This document shows, piece after piece, positions 12,497 to 24,149 of a stretch of 35,190 bases of DNA. The stretch is from Octopus bimaculoides (lineage: Eukaryota): positions 132,213,732 through 132,248,921 of the forward strand of contig NC_068984.1 in NCBI RefSeq assembly GCF_001194135.2, in the 5' to 3' direction. The notes below the pieces were generated by a model. The model was not told the DNA's origin, did no database searches, and was given only the letters and a program-made list of their open reading frames with translations. The translations under genes and the position numbers were made by a program. Position 1 is the first letter of the stretch. Each line of letters begins with the position of its first letter.

Positions 12497-12615
12497 TATA
12501 ACATGGTAGAAGTGTGTTTTCGAGGTGGTGGAGATTGAGAAAATATCATGCCAGACCCTCACTTCTAGCATGTTATATTCTCATCCCAGTGTTTAAGACC
12601 ATCATCCTACTGCAG

Positions 12616-12839
12616 TCACAGAAAAGGATGCAACTCTTGTTGCCTAAAAGCAATGATATAAGACAATCTTGGTAATACCTTCTCCAATTTGGCGTACATG
12701 CTTTTGAGATTGTTAATCTGTTCAATATGTGCTTCAGGATGTCTGTACAGATAATCCATGATGGTGTTAGTGGCTAAGAAGATCCCCTGGATTACTGGGA
12801 ACACTTGTACATCACAGCTAATATTTAACAAAGGCTTCT
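12616..12839 (-). CDS. THADA: THADA terminal coding exon w17 (224 nt incl. TGA)
   Basis: Acceptor ttttattttacag|AG (phase 1); (E)KPLLNISCDVQVFPVIQGIFLA...RQQELHPFL*; stop at 12618-12616; C-terminal length roughly matches vertebrate THADA. Confidence 0.85.
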
Positions 12840-14061
12840 CTGTAAAATAAAAACAAGAAACAATAGTTTCAATACAGAGAATAAAAGGAAAAGACTTTTA
12901 TCACAGACAGAGAGAAGAAGAAAGAGTAACAAAGACTGAAAGAAAATACAGAGTCAGAGAAGAGGGGAGAGCTAGGAAAAGAGAGAGAGTGGGAGGGAGG
13001 ACATATAGATTCTGTGGTATAATGATATACCTCACATACTATATAAGTATGTGTCTAGGATACAGTAAATATTTCTTGATATATGTATTTATGCAGTAGA
13101 CATTATATATTACAAGATACATGTGTATAGTGAAATATGTAAATATATATATATTTTAAGATGGTTATTTTTTTTTCTTGCCAAATAAACACATGCACCA
13201 TATATTCATTCTCCTGAATGGACTAAACAGACCAGGAGGATACACATGGATGGAAGAGTTGCCAAAGAGGTCACAGATGTGTGACAAAAAATTTCCAGAC
13301 AATGGGCCTAAGAACAATAACAAATGAGTGAAGAATGAATGTATAATGTGCAAGAAAAAAAAAAGTGACCATCCCAAAATATAACAATACCTGTTTCAAC
13401 ACAATTTCACATCAGGAATCTTGCAAAACAAATTCATAAACGTGTGTGTGTATGTATATTCTTTTTTTGTGTCTGTTTTGCAAGATACTTGATGTAAATG
13501 TAAAATCATGCGTTGAAACAGATGTTTAATTGGATAAGTGATCATCTCAAGATACAACATACATACACACAAAAAATTAAGGACTTTTTAGTTCTGTTGA
13601 GGACATGACAACCACCCTAGTGCTGGTGGCATGATAAAATGCACTCTGGACACACTATAAAGTGGCTGGTAATAGGGAAAGAATCCAGCCATAGAAAAGT
13701 CAAACTGGAAACATATAGAAAAATATGACACTCCAACTCCAACAAGTCCGAAATTTCTCCAAAACACCTGATGAAGGCTGGTGTATATATATATATCAGC
13801 CGAAATGTTGTGTTAACAACAAACAAGATGAGGACAAATATCCGTCAAATGTAAATAATGTAAATAATTGTAAATATTAGTCTTAACTGTTGAGTAACAG
13901 TGAAACCAGTAGTCAGCCAGACAGACTGATACAAACACTTATAGTCTTTTTATAAAGATATAACACAGTTACTCAAACAACCAAGTTTGAACTAAGTATG
14001 TATGTTCAGTTGTCCTCACAGCCCTTATGCTTCACTAAGCCTTATTACTGAGTCCTCCATA

Positions 14062-14104
<43 letters not shown>

Positions 14105-14749
14105 TTCATGATGTACGTTGAGGTGGAGGCCACATAACATATATGGGTAGTGTACTAACTTACCTTTTAGATTCTTTGATAATGATTCAAAGAGTATGGT
14201 TCCTTTGTGAAGGACACTGGTACACAATGTTGACAGATACTGTTCTCGTTTGCTAACTGGCTTTGTATTGCTTAAAAGTTTCTGGAAAATACAAATATGC
14301 NNNNNNNNNNNNNNNNNNNNNNNNNNNNNNNNNNNNNNNNNNNNNNNNNNNNNNNNNNNNNNNNNNNNNNNNNNNNNNNNNNNNNNNNNNNNNNNNNNNN
14401 NNNNNNNNNNNNNNNNNNNNNNNNNNNNNNNNNNNNNNNNNNNNNNNNNNNNNNNNNNNNNNNNNNNNNNNNNNNNNNNNNNNNNNNNNNNNNNNNNNNN
14501 NNNNNNNNNNNNNNNNNNNNNNNNNNNNNNNNNNNNNNNNNNNNNNNNNNNNNNNNNNNNNNNNNNNNNNNNNNNNNNNNNNNNNNNNNNNNNNNNNNNN
14601 NNNNNNNNNNNNNNNNNNNNNNNNNNNNNNNNNNNNNNNNNNNNNNNNNNNNNNNNNNNNNNNNNNNNNNNNNNNNNNNNNNNNNNNNNNNNNNNNNNNN
14701 NNNNNNNNNNNNNNNNNNNNNNNNNNNNNNNNNNNNNNNNNNNNNNNNN

Positions 14750-14832
<83 letters not shown>

Positions 14833-17800
14833 CTGTATGAATACTTACAACTAGAGCAGCATGTGCCATTTGATTCACAACCATTTTCTCAGCAAAACAA
14901 TTATTATCTTCTTGGTCAAATAGTTGCCATGAACTAAAAGAAAAGAACGTATTGTTATAGAATAGGGAGACCAGACGATTGAAGGAATTCAACTGAAATA
15001 AGGAATGGTCACATTGCTAGTAGACAGGAGTCAATTCAAAGATAAGTTAAATACAACTCAAAGAGGTCTATTTGGTAAAAAAGTAGACTAATGTTAATCT
15101 CCCAATTTTGAGAACTGTGTCTCTGATAAAATGTTCCATTTAGAGCCACATATATAACACATCAACATCATTTAAAGTTCACTCTTCTATGGTTCCATGG
15201 GTTAGACATAATTTGTTGAGGCAGGTTTTCTACAGCTGAGTGTCCTTCCTGTTGCCAACTCCTATTTCTTGCCAAGCAAGGGAATATTTCCCCATAGCCA
15301 GACATGTTTTTCATAGAAGACTGGCAATAGACAACATCACTTGTGTGATGATAATCCTTGTTTACATCAACACAAGTCAAGACAAGAGTACACACACACA
15401 CACACACTCACATGATGGGCTTATTTTACTTTCCATCTACCAAATCCACTCACAAGCCTTTGGTCAGCCTAGGGCTATAATATAAGACACTTGCCCAAGG
15501 TACCCATAAAATGGGACTGAATCCAAGACCAAAATGGTTGAGAAACAAACTTCTTAACCACACAACCATGCCTGCACCTACACACCAACAAAGAATTTTT
15601 TCTCATATTCTTTACAAAAGTTAGATCAAACATATTTTATATTATATAACATTTCATTAAAGCATGAAACAATACGATACTAACAAAAATAAATATGCTG
15701 TAAAACTAGAACAATATTAATCAATAATGAATATTTTCTTCATTTACTTTTATTGCAGCAAGTATGGGAGATAACTCTGGATACATTTCTGACTTATTTT
15801 GATCTCATCAGCATGTAGCCTAGCCTTATTTCTAGTTAACATTTTAATACTGATTCATTAACGGTGCTAATACCAACCTAATTATTCTATAGAGAATTTA
15901 CTTACCTTATTTGTAACTTTCTTGAAAGCATTGCTTCCAGAGATGCAGCACATTCTGATCCATCATTATAGCAGAGAAGATCGTAAAGGATATCCCATGC
16001 TGCACTAGGATAGTGACAGACAAGATGGTGGAAGAGTAACTGGCAAACAGAGAAAAATAGAACATTAGAATGGGTTTGTATAACAGTGAAATGGGTAGAG
16101 ATAATCTCTGAGGCTATCCTAGGGTTGTAACAAGAAAAGAATGGTGATATATAATTCAGTCATGCTGGTAAAAATATACAGCTACAAGCATGGTTGTGGT
16201 GTTAAGTAGCTCGTTTTGCAATCATGTGGTTTTGGGTTCAGTCCTCCTACACAGCACCTTGGGTAAGTGTCTTCTACTATAGCCTCAGGTTGACCAATGT
16301 CTCGTTAGTAAATATGGTAGATACGAACTGAGTGAAAGTCCATTGTGAGTGTGTGTGTGTGTGTATGTGTGTGTTTTGCTTGTTCTCCTAACGCTTCTTA
16401 ACAACTGGTGTTGGTTTGTTTACATCTCTGTATCTCAGCAATTCAGCAAAAGAGACTGACAGGATAAGTACCAGACTTTAAAAAATAAACATTGGGTTTG
16501 GTTTGTTCAACTAAACCCTTCAAGGTGGTGCCCCAGCATGGCCACAATCCAAGGATTGAAACAAATAAAAGATAATAAAAAAACAGATAAATCACAGATG
16601 TTTTCCATTTTAAGTTGAGGATTTTAAGTTGAATATAAGAGCAAGGATGATTAAAAGATTCGGCAAATAAATGTGTTGTGGATTTACCTTCAAGCAAATA
16701 TTACTCTGGAGACTAGTAAACTGGAAAGAAAAAAAAAAGACAAAAACAGGTATAAATTTCAGAGAATATGGGGAGGGGGGGTAATTCTAATAGGGAATTT
16801 AGAAAACAAAAATAATAAAACAAACAAAATATTTCTTCTTCTACTACTACTACTACTACTACTACTACTATTACTACTGCTACTAGTGGAGGCACAATGG
16901 CCCAGTAGTTAGGGCAGCGGACTCGTGGTCATAGGATCGCGGTTTCGATTCCCATACTGGGCGTTGTGAGTGTTTATTGAGCGAAAACACCTAAAGCTCC
17001 ACGAGGCTCCGGCAGGGGATGGTGGCGAACCCTGCTGTACTCTTCCACCACAACTTTCTCTCACTCTTACTTTCTGTTTCTGTTGTGCCTGTAATTCAAA
17101 GGGTCAGCCTTGTCACACTGTGTCACGCTGAATATCCCCGAGAACTACGTTAAGGGTACATGTGTCTGTGGAGTGCTCAGCCACTTGCACGTTAATTTCA
17201 CGAGCAGGCTGTTCCGTTGATCGGATCAACTGGAACCCTCGACGTCGTAAGCGACGGAGTGCCAACAATGCACGTGTGTGTGTTTGTGCTTCCTTGCTTT
17301 GCAATCGCATGACAGTTGTAAATGGGGGTCTCTGACATAAAAGTAGTGTCATTTCATCATTCATTTCCAATATTCTGTCTGGCCATGGGGACATATGCCT
17401 AATGTATATGCCCTAAGAGGTCATGAATAGTGACTTCAGTTTAATAAGGTCAAATAGGTGATATTGTGAGAAGTAAAGTCAAACTGAGAACATTTTGATG
17501 TTAACTTACCTGTTTTAGTGAAGATAAAAGGGGTAAAGAATGGACAAAATGTGCAGCCCAGTTTCTCACTTCGTTGATGTCATCTTGTAGTAAATACAAA
17601 GCTGTGTGGAAGATTCTGGAAGGAGTAAAAAAAATATATTTGGATGATTGAAGGAATTTATTGAAGTGTAACAAATACTGCATTGATAAGAATGATACAG
17701 AAGGGTTTTGTGGTAGCACTCACACTTGCCTGGGTTGTAGCCCCCAAATGGTGGGACACCTACTGGCTTGAGGGAATGCTCCAAACTGATGGACGAATAG

Positions 17801-20800
17801 GATATAACAGAGTGAATTTACGAGATGTCCCAAGATGAGGTTGTATATTTATATGGGGCTGCTCAGTTAGAAGTGAACTGTGACTAAATAACAACAGATA
17901 CAAGGTCTGATCAATAAATATCTGGACTGTTGCCATAGTAACAAAGCTAAAGCACTCCACAGATGTGTGTACCCTTAATGTAGTTCCCAGGGAGATTCAG
18001 TGTGATGCAGCATGTGAGAAGACAGGGCCCTTTGAATTACAGGTACAACTCATTTTTGCCAGCTATCGAAATTGAACCAAATTCGATGACTGGCACCCAC
18101 TGCCAACCTTCCTTCATTGGACACTAAACTCAGCTTGCGAAGACCTGTTGGGGCAAGTGAGATCGAAACTGAACCAAATTTGATGACTGGCACCTGTGCC
18201 AGTGGAGCGCTAACAGCACCATCTGAGTGGGATCATTGCCAGAGCAGCGGTCTCGCTTCCGTGCCGATGGCACGTAAAAGGCACCATCTGAGTGCAATTG
18301 TTTCCAGCTTCGCCTTACTGGCACTTGTGCCGGTGGCATGTGAACAAAACATTGGACTGACTCCTGTGCAGGTGGCACGTAAAAAACACCATTTGAGCGT
18401 GGCCGTTGCCAGTACCGCCTGACTGGCCCTCGTGTCGGTGGCACGTAAAAGCACCCACTACACTCTCGGAGTGGTTGGCGTTAGGAAGAGCATCCAGCCG
18501 TAGAAACTCTGCCAAATCAGATTGGAGCCTGGTGTAGCCATCTGGTTCACCAGTCCCCAGTCAAACCGTCCAACCCATGCTAGCATGGAAAGCGGATGTT
18601 AAATGATGATGATGATGATGATGAGTGGACTGGAGCAACGTAAAATAAAGTGTCTTGCTCAAGGACACAACACGCAGCTAGGAATCAAACTGACGACCTT
18701 ACAACCGTGTGCTGAATATCCCTAGCCACTAAACCACGCGCTTTCACACATAGTCTATAAATGTTGACTGAACAGATATACTAGGTAAACATTAAGTGGA
18801 CAGCTTCATAATGCTACAGATATAGGCCTCTAGGTTTACTCTTAATGTAACTTGCTATCTTTGAAAGTTTAACAAGCAAGTGAATAGAAATTTAATTACT
18901 TACTTGTATGAAATTTCTTTTTGAGATACTGGGGATATACTTTTGGCCAAGAGGTTAATTGTGGAGAGTACAGCATTACCAGCAATGGCTAAGGACTGGC
19001 TGAGTGCCATGCGTAGATTACTATCAACATTTCCCAATTGTTGGAACAGATAACTAGACCACATGAGGTAGAGCTCTTCAAACCTGGAACATTAAAAAAA
19101 GAAAATCAGAAAAAGGGGTCAGAAACAAGAAAGAAGTAAATTTCCATTTACTTTTCATTTATGAAATATAATAGAACAGATATGTAGTAGTTGTGATGTC
19201 AAGATGCTGGTCTTATATTCCCAGTGGCATAAGCTCAAACACACTACTGATTTCAGGTTTTTTTAACAAGATGTGTAGTGGAGAAGACAGGAAGAGAGAC
19301 CTGAACAGACATGGAGTAGAGAGGGATGTCACTGAAGAGGGTCTGAATGAGGGCAAAAGGACTTTGATAAACCTGACTGATTAAGTGACAATTGATTGAC
19401 TAGTAATAATAAAAATGCATGTGTTTATTATTGGTATAATGACCCACCCAAGATTACAGCAAAATTTGTTTCAACACATGGGCTTATATCAAATATCTTA
19501 TTTCTTTATTGCCCACAAGGGGACATAGAGGGGACAAACAAGGACAGACAAAGGGATTAAGTCGATTACATCGACTCCAGTGCGTAATTGGTACTTAATT
19601 TATCAACCCTGAAAGGATGAAAGGCAAAGTCGCCCTCGACGGAATTTGAACTTAGAACGTAATGGCTGACGAAATACCACTAAGCATTTCGCCTGGTGTG
19701 CTAATGTTTCTGCCAGCTCGCCGCCTTCAAATATCTTGCAAACCAAATACAATAATGAAATGTGTAGTGGAACTCCTCGTGAAAATAAAAATGCCAATCA
19801 TTTAACAGAGTGTGCAGGGTGTTTTTTACATAGCACCAGCAGCGGTAAAGTCACTGAGTAACTTGCACAGGGCAAGATACCCTCATTTGAGTGGGGAATA
19901 GCATTGAGGGTCAGATAAAGGTGTCTTGTATTAGGAAAGAAACATGGCTCCCTCAGATGGAAAGAGAGAGAGATAGGGGATAGAAAGACAGTGAAGGTGT
20001 GATGGGGATGAGGAAGGGGCCATACACCCAAGTTACAGGAAGGTGAATATAGTGAAGTGGATGGGAAATTGGAGAGGGTGTATGGGTGGGTGAGTTCACA
20101 AAACTACAAAGGGAGAGTGGGACTGGTGGTGGTGGTGGTGGAATATATTGTGTGGGCACAGGTAGAGGGAGGGGGCATTAGGAGGATATATTGTAAGGAA
20201 GGGATACAACAGGGACATATTGTGTGCAGGCAGGTACAGGAGGGAGAAAGGGGAGAGGAATACAGCAATAACAAGCATGGGCGAGGGAGTCAGGAAGGTG
20301 TCTGGAAGATGGGTTGAGAAGAGAGGTAGGGTATGGATGGACAAACATCAGCAAAAAGCAAATTCACTGATGTAAAAATGGACACACTGAATAGAGTAGT
20401 CCTACATACACCATATCTGAACAACAGACAGAACGATTGTGACTGAAACACCATAATTCACAAGCCTGTTATGGCAAGTCAGAGGACAAACAACAACAAC
20501 AACAACAACAATCACTATAAACATATTAATTAATTAGTTTACTTACTTTGTGGTGGAGGGTGAAGTGGAGATCAGTTTAGTGCAGATACTCAGAGCTGGC
20601 AGGATTGTTGACTGAAGTGCCGTACCAATACCAACAGAGAGCAACTCCTCACGCAGCTGGTTGAGTATGATGTTAATGTCTTCAGTCCTTAAATGCAGGT
20701 GGGTGTAATTGTCAAAGTGGTCAGACCATTTCAGATAGACGGCATTGAATAAGTCAAGCACCGTGATTTGTATTGGACTGTATCGACTGACATTTAACTG

Positions 20801-23800
20801 CAGACTAATAAACTGCTCCTGTGTAATAGACAGAAATAGTGTTTAATGTAATAGTTTAGGGAGTATATTTTATATTTGAATATGCACAAACACACATGTA
20901 CATATTTTCAACTGCATGTAAATATCACAAATATTTCAACACCAATAATGTTAATGTAAGTTACTCATGTCTAAACAACACTGCTTCCCACATCTCATAC
21001 CAAAATTTAAAACACACACCTAATCAGCCTCTATCCCAAAGCCCAACTTGTAAGTTCAGAAATCTCCACTTAGAGGCTTGTGTCTCTAAGGAAATGATAC
21101 ACAGTGCATGTATAACATCTACAGATGATATTCGTTTCGGTCTCTGGCACAAGACCAGCAAGTTCATGGGAGGAGTAAGTTGGCTGCATTGACCCTAGAC
21201 TAGAACTCAATGGGTACTTATTTTATCGACCCTAAATAGATCAAAGGTAAAGTCAGCCTTGATGGAATTTGAACTCAGAACATAAACATGGATGAAATAC
21301 CACTAAGCATTTTACATGATATGCAAATGATTCTGCCAGCTTGCCACCTTATATCTACAGATAATATTAACCAGATTATATGGGACTCACTCCAAACACT
21401 TTTAAGAGATGATACAACCAACATATACACATACAGGTTGAGATACAGTGAGAACTCCTCATCTTTGTCACAAATGGAAATTGAGAAAACAGTAGAATTG
21501 AATGAGTTTAGAATATCTTCAAGAGAATAACTTCATACACTAATGGTACAAGAAATTCCAGATTCTGAAACAACAACCATGATTACTAAAGAAAAGATCC
21601 TTCTCCTTCGGAGAATTTTTCTTGGAAAAATTCATAGACTCAGAAAATTTGCAAAAAATTAGAATTTTCAGATTAAAGTTTACTTCTTGCTAGGTGATCG
21701 ACTGCTCCTATGTACACTCTTTTTGATATACAGTTCTTTTTGTCAGTAATATAAATGATATTCCATAGTGACTTATGACATCCCAGTTAATATGATGCAA
21801 TATTTCCATCAAAGAAAAAGATAGTTTCTATGTGGTTGTTTGAAGTGCTAGGAATAGTAGTTAAAGCTCTCTCAAACCATTGTTGGCACTCCGTCGCTTA
21901 CGACGTCGAGGGTTCCAGTTGATCCGATCAACGGAACAGCCTGCTCGTGAAATTAACGTGCAAGTGGCTGAGCACTCCACAGACATGTGCACCTTTAACG
22001 TAGTTCTCGAGGGTATTCAGCGTGACACAGTGTGACAAGGCTGACCCCTTGAATTACAGGCACAACAGAAACAGGAAGTAAGAGTGAGAGAAAGTTGTGG
22101 TGGAAGAGTACAGCAGGGTTTGCCACCATCTCCTGTCGGAGCCTCGTGGAGCTTTAGGTGTTTTCGCTCAATAAAGACTCACAACGCCCGGTCTGGGAAT
22201 CGAAACCACTGGGCCATTGTGCCTCCACACTCTCACAAACCATACTACTGTTTTAAAGAAAAAAGTGAACACATTGAATTGTGTAATTCTAGATACATTA
22301 TGGCTGAATAAAAGTCCATAAGGTCATGACTGGAATGTCTCTGATAATAGGTTTGTTCAACCAGGGCTGACCTGGGACTAAACAACAACAACACAAATAA
22401 AACATATACATACCATTACACTTTCCCAGAATGTTACAGGGAGTTTTTTGGACTGCAGGTATTGGTGTAAGGTCTGGCAGCACCGTTCTTGTACTTCATA
22501 ACATTTTGAAGTGAGGAGCAAGTCAACAACTGGCTTAAGACTGTCAGCTTCTCCGGCGACATAGCTTGCAGTTGTACAATGAAACAGCAGTTCAGCATGC
22601 TCAGATAACATGCTTGAGAAACCAATCTATATAAAGAAAACAGAAACAGAATCAAGTTTGTCTCTAATGATTTCTGCTTATAAATAACATGCAAATGTTA
22701 AACACATTTTAGATTTTACATCACTAAGAATTTTTAAGCTAACATCATCATCGTCGTCATTTAACGTCAGCTTTCCATGCTGGCATGGGTTGGACGTTTT
22801 GGCTGAGAGCTGGTGAGCCAAAAGGCTGCACCAAGCCCCAGTCTGACCTGGCAATGTTTCTACAGCTGGATGCCCTTCATAAAGCCAACCACTCCCAGAG
22901 TGTAGTGGGTGCTTTTATGTGCCACTGGCATGAGGGCCAATCAGGCAGTACTGGCATCGGCCATGCTCAAATGGTGCTTTTTATGTGCCACCTACATAGG
23001 AGCCAGTCCAGAGGCACTGGCAATAACCATGCTCAAATGGTGTTTTTTACATTCCACCAGCTCAGGAGTCAGTCAGGAGATGCTGGCAATGGTCACGCTT
23101 GAATGGTACTTTTATGTGCCACCGGCATGGGAGCCAGTCAGTGGCCCTGGCAACAATCATACTTGAATGGTGCTTTTAATGTTCCACTGGCATGGGTGCC
23201 AATCAGGCAGTACTGTTATTGGCCACAACGATTTCACTTAACTCAACAGGTCTTCGCAAGCATAGTTTATTGTCCAATGGTTGAAGGGTACTCTTAAATG
23301 GACTGGTTATACAGCCCTGGCATTGGCCAATATCTTTTGAAATGTCAATGTTTAAAACACGTTACACTCTTACGTTTTTAAGCAGATTTTACTGAGGTTT
23401 GCCTTCGTCCTGTGATGTAGGGATTTCAGGCATGAGGTGTAAAGTAGTGACTGAAATTAGGTTCCTTTAGTAGGGACCATTCTATTGCAAGTCTTCAGAC
23501 TAGCTCTCCTACAGGATTCCGTGAGTTATGGTTGCTTTCCCTGCCCCCTACCTCATATGCCTTGATGCTTCTATCCTGAATAAGCCATGAAGAAAAAAAG
23601 CGAAGACTTACAGTAGGACTATTCTTGGTGGTTGATTCAATTTGTTGCCACAGATGGGTGCAAAGTTGACTCCAGTTGTCACCCAGAAAGTCGATACCAG
23701 GTGTTGCCAACACTGTATTCTTGATTATTTGAATTAATCTAGCTTGTATTAATCCACATGATGGTGGATCCAGAGGAAAATCTTGTGGAAAAGCTAAGTT

Positions 23801-24103
23801 AATCAGCTTCTGTAAAATACTCTTCAAATCATCTTTGCTGAAAGTATAATGAAACAAATACAAAAGTAACAATTTAAAATATCTTAATTCCACGAAACAA
23901 GATTTTTTTCATCTCACAAACAATTTCCCAATCATAAGAGTGGCTGTGTGGTAAGTAGCTCGCTTACCAACCACATGGTTCCGGGTTCAGTCCCACTGCA
24001 AGGCACCTTGAGCAAGTGTGTTCTACTATAGCCTCAGGCCGACAAAAGCCTTGTGAGTGGATTTAGTAGACGGAAACTGAAAGAAGCCCATCGTATATAT
24101 ATG

Positions 24104-24149
<46 letters not shown>

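Noticed and set aside
14045-14992. 315-aa ORF and overlapping ORFs
   Set aside because: Artefact of the N gap and microsatellites; only the parts equal to w15 and w16 are coding.
15775-15820. Minus-strand CTGATGA-GATCAAAATAAGTCA-GAAATGTA (would be sense in THADA pre-mRNA)
   Set aside because: Stem II is at most 3 bp with a bulge and stem I does not pair.
16888-16965. tRNA gene
   Set aside because: A/B boxes run straight into a SINE body present elsewhere; no complete cloverleaf is evident.
18190-18450. Repeat-spacer pattern as a CRISPR array (also 22905-23215, 25675-25810, 34330-34500)
   Set aside because: Eukaryotic intron, no cas genes, degenerate repeats, spacers related to each other, always attached to a retroelement tail.
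19940-20345. Cluster of overlapping ORFs in a G/A-rich segment
   Set aside because: Low-complexity degenerate sequence inside intron w11-w12; peptides reflect base composition.
23495-23611. ORF extension beyond exon w9
   Set aside because: A consensus GTAAGT donor at 23611 matches the phase of w10; the extension is intronic read-through.
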